Positions 48,369 to 61,427 of a DNA stretch of 64,000 nucleotides are shown one piece after another. Numbering within the stretch: the stretch's first letter is position 1; every line of letters starts with the position of its first letter. The notes beneath the pieces were generated by a model that was not told where the DNA came from, made no database searches, and saw only the letters and a program-made list of their open reading frames with translations. The stretch is from contig JBIJDH010000001.1 in NCBI GenBank assembly GCA_044344255.1, positions 288,001 to 352,000 of the forward strand, given 5' to 3'. Source of the stretch: Myxococcota bacterium (lineage in GTDB: Bacteria; Myxococcota_A; UBA796; UBA2385). Made by a program: the position numbers and the translations under genes.

Positions 48369-50222
48369 CTACTCTTCTTCGGGCGGCGGCGCGGGGGGCG
48401 CGACCTGCTCGACGATGAAGAACTCGACGCGGCGGTTCTTCTCGTAGGCAGCCGGGTTCTTGGCGGGATCGATCGGCTTGTCGGGGCCGTAACCGACGGC
48501 CTCCATACGCGAGGCCTCGACGCCCTTGGCCTGCAGGTAGGCGAGCACGGCGTTGGCGCGGTCCTGCGAGAGCTTGCGGTTCGACTTGGCGTTGCCGACG
48601 CTGTCGGTGTGGCCCTCGATCCGGATCTTCTTGACCTCGGGGTGATCCTTCAGGATGTCGGCGACGTCGTCGAGGAGGCCGTTGCTGGCGGCCTGAACGG
48701 TGGCCTTGCCGGTGTCAAAGAAGACCTTCTCGCGGATATCGATCTTCTCGGCGGTCATGACGGCCTTGGCCGGCTCGAGGACGACCGTGACCTGAGAGGT
48801 GCCGGCCTTCTTGACCTCCACCGGGAGCTTGGCAGCCTTGTAGCCATTGGCGCGGACGATGAGCTCGTGCGTACCCGGATCGAGGTCCTTGGTGCCCGCG
48901 CCGTCGTCGTACTTTCCGGCCTGCTTCTTCTCGGTGGCGTTGTCGACCACGAAGACGCCGGAGAGCTTCTTGCCGTCCTTGTCGGTGACGATGATCTTGA
49001 CGGTGCCGAAGGTGGCGCCCATCGCGAGCACGATCTCCTGACCGGCGCTGACAGCGACCGTCTCCTCGCGGGTGAGGGTGTCGTACCGCTTCGACGAGGC
49101 GGTGATCTTCCACACGCCGGGGTGCAGCTCGCGCTCGAAGTCGGCGTCTCCCTTCTTCTCGCCGTCGGGGCCCGTCATCACGACCTCGGCACCCTTGATC
49201 TTGTTCCCGTTGCCATCGACCACGCGGACATGCACCTTCGTGCTGGGATCGGGACAGCCGTCCTCGTCCATGAAGTTGTCCTTGTCCTCCGGCTCGAGCT
49301 TACAGGCGTCCTTCTTGTTGGGGATGCCGTCGTTGTCCTTGTCCTTCGAGACCGGCGGCTCGTAGCCGAGCAGGAAGACCCCGCGGAAGTCCGGAGAGCC
49401 GATGCCGGAGCTGAGCCCGGTGCCGACGCCGAGGCGGCCGACGACGTTCTCGGATGCGCGGAGCCAACCGCCGGCCATCACTTCGAGGGGGTGGCTCGCG
49501 GCGTTGGAGAGGGGCTCGCCGTAGGTGAGGCTGCCCGCGAGGTCACCGGAGAGGCCGACCTTCTCCTTCTCACCGAAGCCGTGGCCCACGCCGAGGCGGT
49601 ACACGAACTGGTCGTCCCAGGCCACGTTCTGGAGCGTGACATCGGGGACACCGCGGGTGCCGGCGTTCGCGGCGAAGAGGGTGCTGCCCACCTTGTAGTC
49701 GGCGATGAGGCCGAGGGTCCAGCCGAGCCCGGGCGAGGCGAGGGGCACCTCGGGGCCGAAGGTGGCGGTGGGGAGGTCAACCCGGCCGTCGATCGCGAAG
49801 CCGAGGCCGTCATCCTCACGCTTGACCACCGAGGCCTTGACATCCAGGCCGACGTCGCCCAGCCCAGCGGCCGAGAGCGCGGTGACGTTGTCGTCTTGAT
49901 CGATGCCGTTGGCCCACAGCATCACCGGCACGTCCACGCCGAAGCGGAAGCGGGAGAGCGTGAACGCCCCGAGGAGGTTGGCCTGGAGCTCGTTGGCGAG
50001 CAGGCGGTTCTCGGCGTCGTCGGCGAAGCGGTAGACCAGCGGGTTCTTCATGTACGAGAGGCCGAGGCGGGCGCTCCAGTACAGGTTCGGCTTGAGCGCT
50101 GCGTCGTTCGTCCACATCGTCGCGTCGGCGTCGATGGGAGGCGAGTAGGCCTGCGCGTTGATCTCGGGGGTCTCCTGAGCGGAGGCGCCGCGGGTCAGAC
50201 TCAGCAAGAGGAAGGTCAGCAA
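48369..50222 (-). CDS. OmpA-family protein with beta-barrel, TSP3-like repeat and Ig-like domains (TraB-like)
   Basis: GLGDV..., DKDNDGIP..DAC..DEDGCPD, IEGHTD, LSQDRA, NRRVEF. Confidence 0.88.
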   Translation of the reverse strand: MLTFLLLSLTRGASAQETPEINAQAYSPPIDADATMWTNDAALKPNLYWSARLGLSYMKNPLVYRFADDAENRLLANELQANLLGAFTLSRFRFGVDVPVMLWANGIDQDDNVTALSAAGLGDVGLDVKASVVKREDDGLGFAIDGRVDLPTATFGPEVPLASPGLGWTLGLIADYKVGSTLFAANAGTRGVPDVTLQNVAWDDQFVYRLGVGHGFGEKEKVGLSGDLAGSLTYGEPLSNAASHPLEVMAGGWLRASENVVGRLGVGTGLSSGIGSPDFRGVFLLGYEPPVSKDKDNDGIPNKKDACKLEPEDKDNFMDEDGCPDPSTKVHVRVVDGNGNKIKGAEVVMTGPDGEKKGDADFERELHPGVWKITASSKRYDTLTREETVAVSAGQEIVLAMGATFGTVKIIVTDKDGKKLSGVFVVDNATEKKQAGKYDDGAGTKDLDPGTHELIVRANGYKAAKLPVEVKKAGTSQVTVVLEPAKAVMTAEKIDIREKVFFDTGKATVQAASNGLLDDVADILKDHPEVKKIRIEGHTDSVGNAKSNRKLSQDRANAVLAYLQAKGVEASRMEAVGYGPDKPIDPAKNPAAYEKNRRVEFFIVEQVAPPAPPPEEE

Positions 50223-50376
50223 GGGGGCCTCCAGGACCAGAACAGGTTCAGGGTGACGGCCCCTTTACCGGGTGGGCGAAGGGAGCGCCACGGGCGGGGT
50301 CGGGCCACCGCCTTCGAAGCGCGCCCAGGGTAACGTCAGGCGGTTGAAAAGAAAACAGCGGGGGCACCGATTGGGC

Positions 50377-51519
50377 TCAGGAAACTCGACCCCGCTTTCG
50401 TTCGAGGATGCCCCGCAGCACCGTCACTCCCGCCGCGACCACCTCGGGGGGCGCCGACGTGAAGCACAGTCGAACGTAAGTGGGGTAGTCCGCCCCGCAC
50501 GAGGGGCCCGGCGCGAGGACCAGCCCCTCTTCCACGCAGTCCGAGAGCAGACCATCGAGGCCCCGCTCGTCGAGGACATCGGCCACGTCGATGAACAGGA
50601 AGGTTCCGCCCTCGGGGGCGGGCTGGCCGAGGGCCACCGCCGCGGCTCGGCCCGCCGCCTCATAGGCCGCGCGGGCCTGCCTGACCCAATCGGCGCCGGA
50701 CTCCAGGGCCCGGGCCGCCGCGACCTGCGAGGCGGTGGGCGCGGCGTAGAAGCTGTGGGTGGCAACCTTTCGGAGCTCCGCCATCACGCCCCCCTCGGCG
50801 GGGCCCACCACCCACCCGCAGCGGTTCCCGGCCATCCCGTACGCCTTCGAGGCGCTGCCCACCGTGAAGGTGCGCTCGGGCGCGTGCTCGGCGAGCGAGC
50901 GGTGGGGTCGCGCGTAGGCGAAGGGGGCGTAGACCTCATCGGACCAGATCCAGAGCCCGTTCTCCCGCGCCACCGCGGCGAGCTCAGCACACTCGGCCTC
51001 CGTGAAGACCCTCCCCGTCGGGTTGTGCGGGCTGTTGACGTAGAGGGCCGCCGTCGCGCCGGAGATCCGCGCCTCGAGGCGGGCCCGCAAGGACGCGGTG
51101 CCCCCGAGCAGAGGGACCTCCACGGGGCAAGCGCGGGCGGCGCGCACCACGCCAGGGATGAGCGGCCAGTACGGAGAGAGGATCAGGACCTCATCCCCCG
51201 GAGACAGCGTGCTGGACGCGATCGAGGAGAGGGCGCCGGTCGCCCCTGCGGTGACGAGCACCCGCTCGATGTCGACGCCGTGCCGCTCCGCGAGCGCCCG
51301 GAGCAGCGCCGGGTGGCCGTGGGGAGCGGAGTAGCGGTGCACACCGGGAAGATCGCGCAGGTCCTCCATCCGCGCCCCATGGACCGGCTCCATCCAAGTG
51401 TCGCCGACATGGAGCGGGTAGCCGCCCCCCTGAAGCGCGGCGATGCGGTGGGCGAGGCGAGAGAAGACGCCACCACGCATGGCCGCGATCTGAGGATCCA
51501 CCTGAGGAAACCGAGGCAT
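50377..51519 (-). CDS. PLP-dependent aminotransferase class I/II
   Basis: NSPHNPTG, SDEVY, SASKAYGMAGNRCG. Confidence 0.93.
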   Translation of the reverse strand: MPRFPQVDPQIAAMRGGVFSRLAHRIAALQGGGYPLHVGDTWMEPVHGARMEDLRDLPGVHRYSAPHGHPALLRALAERHGVDIERVLVTAGATGALSSIASSTLSPGDEVLILSPYWPLIPGVVRAARACPVEVPLLGGTASLRARLEARISGATAALYVNSPHNPTGRVFTEAECAELAAVARENGLWIWSDEVYAPFAYARPHRSLAEHAPERTFTVGSASKAYGMAGNRCGWVVGPAEGGVMAELRKVATHSFYAAPTASQVAAARALESGADWVRQARAAYEAAGRAAAVALGQPAPEGGTFLFIDVADVLDERGLDGLLSDCVEEGLVLAPGPSCGADYPTYVRLCFTSAPPEVVAAGVTVLRGILERKRGRVS

Positions 51520-51665
51520 CGTGCACCCCCCTTCCCGGCGCCCGGGCGCCGACGCGCCGGGAGCCCCCGTCGCAGCCCGCGAGGATGCACCAAAAAAGGT
51601 GTCGGAGCGGGTCCAGGATCGCCTCGCGCCCGCGTTGAACCCGTGAACGTAAACCCGAGGCCACG

Positions 51666-52739
51666 ATGCGGACGCTGATCCTCACCCTCCCCTCACTGGT
51701 CATCGGGATCGGCTGCCGCTCGGGCAGCGCCTCGAAGGCTGGTGATGACACTTCTTCGAGCGCCGCCGGCGGCGACTCGGCGGCGGCAGACGACTGTCCC
51801 GATGAAGACTTCCAGGACGTCTCCACCTACGATCAGGCCGATCCCTACGCCGATCCCACCCTGAGCGTGAGCTGCGAGGCAGACACGCTCGTCGTCGAGA
51901 CCAACGGCATCCCGAACTTCGAATTCGTCGCCGTCACCCCAAATGATCTCTCCGAGGTCCCCCTCACCTACCGGATCCCGCTGTCCCCGGTGGAGGCCGA
52001 CGTCGAGTCCGAGCTCGGCTTCGGCGTCGTCGGTCTGGCGGTCAACGGGCTGCCGATCTACGGCGCCTTCGAGGCTGCCCCCACCTACGGTGATCCCCTG
52101 CTGGACGGAATCGTAGACTTCTGCAACGGCCACGTCGCACCGGGGGGCCAGTACCACTTCCACGGCCGCCCCGACTGCCTCTTCGATGAGGTCGACGGCC
52201 AGACCTCGCTCGTCATCGGCTACGGCCTCGATGGGTACCCGATCCTCGCCCCCTTCGAGTGTGCCGACGCGGACTGCACCGAGGTGATCGAGCTCGAGAG
52301 CTCCTGGGCCTACATCGGCGGCTCGGAGGCGGCGCTGGAGGCCAACGAGTACCAGGAGGGGACGGGGGATCTCGACCGTTGTAACGGGAAGACCCGCTCC
52401 GATGGTAGTTATGCCTACTACGCCACGACCACCTTCCCCTACCTCCTCGGCTGTCACCACGGCGTGGTGGCCGACGACGCGGTGACCGCGACGGGCGGCG
52501 GTGACGGCGGTGGCGGCACCGACGGCGGCGGCGGTCCCACCGCCTGCTCCGACGACGGGGACTGCGAGGGGGTCTGCCCCGAGGGCTCCATCGACTGCGT
52601 GTGCGTGGACGATCCGCGGGCCGGCCAGATCTGCGCCGCCACCTGCGAGCGCGATGAAGACTGCCTCGACACCGACGGCATGCCCTTTATCTGCGATGAA
52701 GCCCAAGGTGTCTGTGTGCCGGAAGGAGGTGCCCCTTGA
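51666..52739 (+). CDS. YHYH-domain lipoprotein
   Basis: NGLPIY, DFCNGH, YHFH, GYGLDGYPI, DLDRCNG, FPY..GC; GIGC lipobox. Confidence 0.85.
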   Translation: MRTLILTLPSLVIGIGCRSGSASKAGDDTSSSAAGGDSAAADDCPDEDFQDVSTYDQADPYADPTLSVSCEADTLVVETNGIPNFEFVAVTPNDLSEVPLTYRIPLSPVEADVESELGFGVVGLAVNGLPIYGAFEAAPTYGDPLLDGIVDFCNGHVAPGGQYHFHGRPDCLFDEVDGQTSLVIGYGLDGYPILAPFECADADCTEVIELESSWAYIGGSEAALEANEYQEGTGDLDRCNGKTRSDGSYAYYATTTFPYLLGCHHGVVADDAVTATGGGDGGGGTDGGGGPTACSDDGDCEGVCPEGSIDCVCVDDPRAGQICAATCERDEDCLDTDGMPFICDEAQGVCVPEGGAP

Positions 52740-53539
52740 TCCTGCTCCTCAGCCTCCTCTTCGCCTGCGGCGGGGAGCCCCCGACGGTCGCCAGCGCGGA
52801 GCCCACCGTAAAAATAGATAACGACCGTGTAACGAGCCGTAACACCCCAACGCTGCTCAGCGGCGCGCGCTACCGGCTGAGCTGGGACACGAGCGGCGCC
52901 GTCCGCCAGGACGACGGGGCCTGGACCATCGACACCGACCTCGGCTACCGGGTGCTGCTCCGCGACGGTCACCTCGCGACGCGGGCGGTCTCCCTCGTCA
53001 CCTGCACGCCGGCCCTGCAGGGCGCATCCTCGGGCGCGCTGGGCCTGCTTCACCTGATCAACCTCTTGGTCCCTCCTGCCTTCGCTTGCGAAGGGGAAGA
53101 GGACCCCTCCACCGTCGCAGGGGTGGTGGAGTGGCTGATGCAGCCGGCGGCGGTGGAGCTCGGCAGCGCCTCGTTCAAGGCGGCCCGCTACTGCAAGCTG
53201 CACCACCAGAACGCGCGGGCCCACAGCGACAGCCGCGGCCTGCGCCCAGATCAGGGGATGGAGGAGCGCACCCTGCACCTCGAGGGCAGCTTCCAGCGCG
53301 GAGACGCCGCGCCGGTGGCCTTCTCGGTGCGCTCCGACCTCGCCTGGGGAGAGCTCCGCCCGCTGGAGGTGGAGGCAGCGCAGGGCACCGGCTTCGTCGA
53401 GGCCGAGCTCAGCCGGGATCTGGGCGGCCTCTTCGACGGGATCGAGCTCAAATCCGCGGACGAGGAGACCCTGGCCCGCGGGGTGCTGCGCAACCTCAAC
53501 CGCGGGATGAGCCTCACGGTGCGGTCCGCCGCGCCCTGA
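52736..53539 (+). CDS. Hypothetical lipoprotein
   Basis: LFAC lipobox; TTGA overlap with the YHYH gene. Confidence 0.7.
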   Translation: MILLLSLLFACGGEPPTVASAEPTVKIDNDRVTSRNTPTLLSGARYRLSWDTSGAVRQDDGAWTIDTDLGYRVLLRDGHLATRAVSLVTCTPALQGASSGALGLLHLINLLVPPAFACEGEEDPSTVAGVVEWLMQPAAVELGSASFKAARYCKLHHQNARAHSDSRGLRPDQGMEERTLHLEGSFQRGDAAPVAFSVRSDLAWGELRPLEVEAAQGTGFVEAELSRDLGGLFDGIELKSADEETLARGVLRNLNRGMSLTVRSAAP

Positions 53540-53573
53540 GCGGAGGTGTGCGAGGGGGGCCGCGCGGCCTCCC

Positions 53574-54077
53574 TCAATCCACCCGCACGGTCTTCAGGCC
53601 GTCGTCGTGCTCCCCGCCGCGGGCCTCTGAGCCCTCCCGGCGCCGGGGCCCCACCCAGATGAAGCCCCGCGCGGCCCGCACCGCGTAGCTCGCGAGGGGA
53701 CGGGTGGGGTCGGTGAGACAATCGCCGGTTCTAACGTCATACTTCCAGTCGTGGTATGGACAGGTGACGATGCAGCCGATCAACTTGCCCTCCCCCACGG
53801 GGCCGTCTTCATGGCGGCAGGCGTCGTCTACGGCGTACAGGCCGCCCTCGACTCGGAAGAGGGCGACGTTGCGGGCCCCGAGCCGCACCGTGCGCCCCAC
53901 CCCGTCCCGGAGCTGGCCCTCGGCGCAGACGGCGCGGTAGCCGTCCGCGTCCGGCTCCGGGGGGAGGAGCTGGGGGATGGACGAGGGCGCCCCCGCGGCG
54001 GGCTGCGCGGTCTTATCGGCCTTCCCCCTCCCTGGGAGCTCCTTCTTCAGGCCACGGAGCATATCGCGCAGTCCCAC
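53574..54077 (-). CDS. Rieske [2Fe-2S] ferredoxin
   Basis: CRH...CPYH. Confidence 0.9.
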   Translation of the reverse strand: MGLRDMLRGLKKELPGRGKADKTAQPAAGAPSSIPQLLPPEPDADGYRAVCAEGQLRDGVGRTVRLGARNVALFRVEGGLYAVDDACRHEDGPVGEGKLIGCIVTCPYHDWKYDVRTGDCLTDPTRPLASYAVRAARGFIWVGPRRREGSEARGGEHDDGLKTVRVD

Positions 54078-54101
54078 CTTGCCTCCCAGCGGACAGAGCC
54101 C

Positions 54102-54776
54102 CTAACCGGCTCCGCGGGCCGGCTCGACCGTCGCGCCGAGACCCTCGTGCAGACGCGCGTACCAGCTCCGCGCCGCCTCCGTTCGCCCCGGGAGCGCGGT
54201 GGTGCCCCAGATGATGGTCAGCGTCCGCCGAGTCTCCTCATGGGTCTTGCTGCGCTGTGCGTCCTTGACCGGCCCCGCGCTCGGACCCAGCACATCGAAG
54301 AGGCCGAAGAGCCCCCCGACGTCGATCACCTGCCCGGCGGGGTTGAAGGCGTAGCTCGTCCCCTTCGGGAGGAGTCCGATTCGAAGGGGCGCCTCGAGCC
54401 GGGCCGCATCGACCACCGAGATCGGGAGACCGCTGTGCAGGCTCACGGCGTTGCAGACGTCAACCGCAGCGTTGATGCCCTTCTCCGGGCTGAACCAGCC
54501 CTCGTCAACCGCCTTCCACAGGTACTCGCTGGCCGGCTTGCCGCGACCCGTTGGCTTGAAGCCCCCCAGCCGGAGCAGCTCACGGACCGCGCCCCGGACC
54601 GCCTCGTCCGTGGCGAGGGGCGCCCGAGCCTCCCGCGAAAACAGCGCCAGCAGAGAGGGGGGGCTCGAGATGGCGCCGATCGCGCGCGGCCAATCGCTCC
54701 AGAAGCAGGCGACGTCGAGCAGAGGGTGCGGTTCGACGACGATAGGCGGGCTCGCCGCTGAGCTGGCCGTGTTCAT
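54102..54776 (-). CDS. Stand-alone B3/4 domain protein (PheRS beta editing-like)
   Basis: GFKPTGRGKPASEYL, INAAVDVCN, GLPISVVD. Confidence 0.85.
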   Translation of the reverse strand: MNTASSAASPPIVVEPHPLLDVACFWSDWPRAIGAISSPPSLLALFSREARAPLATDEAVRGAVRELLRLGGFKPTGRGKPASEYLWKAVDEGWFSPEKGINAAVDVCNAVSLHSGLPISVVDAARLEAPLRIGLLPKGTSYAFNPAGQVIDVGGLFGLFDVLGPSAGPVKDAQRSKTHEETRRTLTIIWGTTALPGRTEAARSWYARLHEGLGATVEPARGAG

Positions 54777-54904
54777 AGGCGCTCCGGAGGCCAACCCCTA
54801 ACCAGCCAGCGCCGCGCCGCGCCCGGCCGACGCTCGACGGGGCGACGCGGGCTCCTGGTTGTCTCCCTCTGAATTGGGACTAAACTGGCGCCCCCGGAGC
54901 TCCC

Positions 54905-55387
54905 ATGACGAAGCGGTACATGACGGTGGAGGGCCACACGGCCATCCAAGCAGAGATTGACTTCCTTTGGTCCAAGGAGCGGCCCGAGATCGTCAATCAG
55001 GTGACCGCGGCCGCCGAGCTCGGGGATCGCTCCGAGAACGCCGAGTACATCTACGGCAAGAAGCGCCTCCGAGAGATCGACAGCCGCCTGCGCTATCTGC
55101 AGAAGAAGATAGACGGCGTGACGGTGGTCGAGCTCTCCTCGATGCCGGCCCACAAGGACGTGCGCTTCGGAGCGATCGTGACCGTCGAGGATGACGACGG
55201 TCAGCGAACCTTTCGCCTCGTGGACCAGGACGAGTCCGACCCCTCCCGTCGGCGAATCAGCATCCAATCTCCGATCGGACGCGCTTTGCTGGGCAAGAAG
55301 GTGGGCGACCACGTCGAGGTGGAGCTCCCGAAGGATCGCATCAGCCTCGAGATCGTGGAGATCCGCTACGGCGGCGGCGAGCCCTGA
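54905..55387 (+). CDS. greB: Transcription elongation factor GreB
   Basis: GDRSENAEYIYGKKRLREID, SPIGRALLGK. Confidence 0.88.
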   Translation: MTKRYMTVEGHTAIQAEIDFLWSKERPEIVNQVTAAAELGDRSENAEYIYGKKRLREIDSRLRYLQKKIDGVTVVELSSMPAHKDVRFGAIVTVEDDDGQRTFRLVDQDESDPSRRRISIQSPIGRALLGKKVGDHVEVELPKDRISLEIVEIRYGGGEP

Positions 55388-55540
55388 CGCGGCCCCGATC
55401 ATGGCTTTTCCCACGCAGACTTCGACCGCGCGTGGCAATGTGGGGATCGAGGGCCGCGCCGGTCTGGCGACCCCGTCCGGCCGAAGTGGCCGCGGGCCCT
55501 TCGGGTCGAGGGCACCACCTGTTCGTTGTTCGAGGGAAAC

Positions 55541-55936
55541 ATGGCGGTACGGCTGAGCACCCCAGCACGACTCTCCGCGGAGCTGCACCCCACCCGCAGC
55601 CCCGGGCAACGCGCCCCGGAGGCGACGGCCGTCGCCCACTCGGCCTTCACCCGCCGCCGTGATGTCACCCACCAAGGGCTCTCCTTCTGCGGCGGCCCGC
55701 GGCGGGAGATCGCCTACCGGCTCGAGCTCGGCGCCACCCGCCCGCCCGAGCGCCTGGATCAGCCGGACGAGGAGCTGGAGGCGGAGTCGATCCGGCTCCG
55801 CGAGGCCGTCGGGAGGCCCCCGAGCCGCGCCGACCGCGACCGCGCCTGGGTGGGAGACCGCTTGGAGCGGCTCGAGGACGAGCTGGCGATCCGCGCAGCC
55901 CTGGCCGGGCGCCCCCGGAGGAGCACCCGCGGATGA
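55541..55936 (+). CDS. Hypothetical protein
   Basis: GAGGG RBS; ATGA overlap with the next gene. Confidence 0.45.
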   Translation: MAVRLSTPARLSAELHPTRSPGQRAPEATAVAHSAFTRRRDVTHQGLSFCGGPRREIAYRLELGATRPPERLDQPDEELEAESIRLREAVGRPPSRADRDRAWVGDRLERLEDELAIRAALAGRPRRSTRG

Positions 55937-56796
55937 GCGGCATGGCGCCCGAGGTGCTGCGCAGCCGCCTCCAGTCCCCGCGCGCCGCGGACCGCCTCGC
56001 CGCGGTAGAGCGGGTCGCCGAGGACTGCCTGCTCGAGCTCGAAGGTGAGCTGCGCTCCCTGCTCAGCGACGACTCCCCCTACCTCTTCCTCCGCGGCGAC
56101 GAGGAGCTCGTGGCGGAGCTTCGATACGCCGCCCTCACCGCGCTGCAGCGCCTCTGCCGCCTCGCCGACCGGCCGCTCGCGGTCGGCACCCTGCGCGTGC
56201 GGGCCGCCACCCCCGCCGCCCTGCTCGAGCCGATGGCCGACCTCGCGCTGCGGGGCCTCAACAGCCCGCAGCGCCGGGCCGTGCTCGGACAGGTGGACGC
56301 CCTGCTCGACGCCCGCGTCCGCCCAGACCCTGACCACCACACCCTCCTGCGCAGCTACCTCATCCTCCGGGAGCTCGGTCAGATCAGCTACCGCCTGGAG
56401 CGCCCCGATCCCCTGACGGGGCTCCTCCCCCTCCAGCGAGAGGTGGAGGCCAGCCAGGTCGAAGGCGACCGTCCGCGGCCCCACCTCCGCGTTCATGGCG
56501 CGCAGGGCCACCTCCTCGGCCATGTGTACCGGAGCCGCGTCGGCTGGGTCCTCGACTTCGCCGAGTCGGAAGAGGCTGCCCGCGCCGAGCGCTTCGCCGC
56601 GACCGTGATGGCGCTGCGGGAGGGTGGGATCCCCCAGCTCCTCTTCGAGGGAGAGGGCCCCTCCGGCCCAGGGGCCGGGCTCGACGACCCCACCGTCCCC
56701 GCCGACAGTGAGGAGCCGGCTCTGTACCTTCAAAACCTCGGCGCCTTCCTCGGGGCCCGCTTTCGGGTCGAGCTCGTGCTCGACAGCGGCGAATAG
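55933..56796 (+). CDS. Hypothetical protein
   Basis: Operon-like spacing and codon bias. Confidence 0.65.
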   Translation: MSGMAPEVLRSRLQSPRAADRLAAVERVAEDCLLELEGELRSLLSDDSPYLFLRGDEELVAELRYAALTALQRLCRLADRPLAVGTLRVRAATPAALLEPMADLALRGLNSPQRRAVLGQVDALLDARVRPDPDHHTLLRSYLILRELGQISYRLERPDPLTGLLPLQREVEASQVEGDRPRPHLRVHGAQGHLLGHVYRSRVGWVLDFAESEEAARAERFAATVMALREGGIPQLLFEGEGPSGPGAGLDDPTVPADSEEPALYLQNLGAFLGARFRVELVLDSGE

Positions 56797-56798
56797 CC

Positions 56799-58202
56799 GT
56801 GCTCCTGATGCTGCTCACCCTCTGTAGGCCGGGGGAGGCCGCGGCCCTCGACACCCTGGACGTCGGCGGGCCCTGGGGCTCCCCCACCACCGACGAGCCG
56901 ACGGCCCTCTGGTGGAACCCGGCGGGCATCGCCGCGGGGGGAGGTCACCAGCTCTTCGTGGAGGGTGCGCCGGTCTTCGCCAGTTTTCACCTGGACCGTG
57001 CCCAGCCGCATCGCGGGGTGGACGAGTACGGGCTCACGGGGGTGATCCCCTACCTCGGGCTCACGAGCGACCTCGGGGTGGATGGCCTCGGCCTCGGCCT
57101 CGGGCTCGCGGCCCCCTATGTGCGGGGGGCGAAGGCGCGCGGGGAGGGCGGCGCAGGGTCCTTCGCGCTGCGGGAGGGCTCCACCCAGACGCTCCACCTC
57201 CTCTTCGCCGGCGCCTACGAGTACCGCGACCTCGTGGCGGTCGGCGCCGCCTTCCACCTCGTGGACAGCCGCTGGGAGGCCACCCTCGACAATGACACGA
57301 TGGTGCAGCTCTCCGACGCCCTCCAGGCCGAGGGAGAGGAGCCCGGCTACACCGACGAGGGCCTCGAAGACCCGCGTTACGCGACCACCCTCGACTACGA
57401 CACGCTCCACGCCCGCACCCACACCTGGGCCCTCGGTCTGCGGGCCCGGCCCCACCCACGGGTGGTGATCGGCCTCTCCCATCAGCGCCCCTACCGCCTC
57501 GACCACCAGGGAGAGGTCTCGCTGCAGACGAGCTGCCCGCCCACCTCGGACGCCGCGGGTCGCCTCGGGGCCGAGCTCTATGGCATCTGCGACGCCACCC
57601 TGCGCGCGAACGCCGGCCTCGCCTACGATATGCCCGCGCGCTGGCACATGGGGGTGGCCTACACCCCCATCGATCCCCTCAAGGTCGAGCTCCTCGGAGG
57701 CTTCGTCACCTGGAGCCGCTTCAGCGACTACGAGATCCAGATCTCGGACACGGCGGAGAAGAACACCTTTGAGACCGACAAGGCCAAGGAGGAGACCCCC
57801 GCCCTCATCGATCAGGACCGCCTCTGGGCCCGCGACGCGATGGACTCCTGGTTCGCCGGCCTCGACCTCAAGCAGGAGGTGGCCGGCGGTCGGGTGATCC
57901 TCGGCGGGCGCGCCCTCTACGATCGAGCGGCCATCCCCACCTACGCCCTCTCCGCCAACAACTGGGACGCCGACGACCTCGCCCTCTCCGCCCTCGTCGC
58001 CTTCCGGCCCTTGCCCCAGGTGCGGATCGGCGCCACCTTCACCCACCACATCCTCGCCGAGCGGGAGACGACCGACAGCGAGTTCGGCATGACGCTTGAC
58101 CCCGCCACCCGGAAGGAGGACCGCTGGTTTTACCCGCACGGGAATGGACGTTACACCGGCGGGATCGAGCGAATCGGCCTCAGTGGCAGCCTCCACTTCT
58201 GA
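56799..58202 (+). CDS. FadL/OmpP1/TodX-family outer membrane transporter
   Basis: DEPTALWWNPAGI motif; beta strands; C-terminal Phe. Confidence 0.85.
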   Translation: MLLMLLTLCRPGEAAALDTLDVGGPWGSPTTDEPTALWWNPAGIAAGGGHQLFVEGAPVFASFHLDRAQPHRGVDEYGLTGVIPYLGLTSDLGVDGLGLGLGLAAPYVRGAKARGEGGAGSFALREGSTQTLHLLFAGAYEYRDLVAVGAAFHLVDSRWEATLDNDTMVQLSDALQAEGEEPGYTDEGLEDPRYATTLDYDTLHARTHTWALGLRARPHPRVVIGLSHQRPYRLDHQGEVSLQTSCPPTSDAAGRLGAELYGICDATLRANAGLAYDMPARWHMGVAYTPIDPLKVELLGGFVTWSRFSDYEIQISDTAEKNTFETDKAKEETPALIDQDRLWARDAMDSWFAGLDLKQEVAGGRVILGGRALYDRAAIPTYALSANNWDADDLALSALVAFRPLPQVRIGATFTHHILAERETTDSEFGMTLDPATRKEDRWFYPHGNGRYTGGIERIGLSGSLHF

Positions 58203-59031
58203 GCGCCCGGACGCCGCGAGGAGCCCATGATCGCCGAGTGGTGGACCGCCCGAAACACGCCGGCCTCTCCCCTCGCCCGCCGGCTCGGCTATGTCGATGA
58301 GCTCGTCGCCATCGAGGCTCGCGCCGCCCGCCAGGCCGAGGCCTGGGCCCCTCACCTCGCGCGCTGCCGCTCCTTCATCGAGGCCGGGCGAGCCCCCGAG
58401 GCCCGCGGCCGAGCGGTGCTGCTCGGCGCGGGCCGCCTGGCCGACCTGCCGATCCTGGACCTGCTCGAACGGTACGCGGCCCTCGACCTCGTCGACCTCG
58501 TGTTCACGGCCGCCACCCGGGCGGCGGCGGCGCAGCACCCCCGACTGTCGCTGGTGGAGCAAGACATCAGCGGCGTCCTCGCTACGCTCCCCGCGCTCTC
58601 CACCCCGCCCGCGGCCTTGGCGGGCTGCGCGGGGGCCGACCTCGTCTGCTCGATCAACCTCGCCTCCCAGCTCCCCATCCGCCCCCTCGCCGCCCTGGCG
58701 CGGTCGGATCACCCCGAGGAGGCCCTCCAGGGCTGGGCCGGCGCCCTCATCCAGGCCCACCTCGACGCGCTCGCCGCCCTGCCCTGCGCTGTGGTGCTGA
58801 TCACCGACACGGAGCAGCGCTGGATCGATCCCGCCGGCGTCCCCGTCGAGGCCACTGACACGCTCTATGGGGCCCGCCTCCCGTCCGGAGCGGGGCCATG
58901 GACCCGCGAGGAGTGGACCTGGAGCATCGCGCCGCGGGGGGAGGCGCACCGGCGCTGGCGAGACGAGCGTCGGGTGGTGGCCCTCCGCCGCCCGGCCCGC
59001 GCCGCGAGCGCGGGCCCCAGCGCGGCGAGGG

Positions 59032-61311
<2,280 letters not shown>

Positions 61312-61427
61312 GGGGCTTCCTTGGGAGGGCCGCTCCCTTAGCACGGACCCCGGGGGCCGGCCCCGAACCCAGGCGGCGCGGCCGCGGCGCGGCTCGTCGG
61401 GCGGGCGGGAGCGGTTACCCTCGACCG

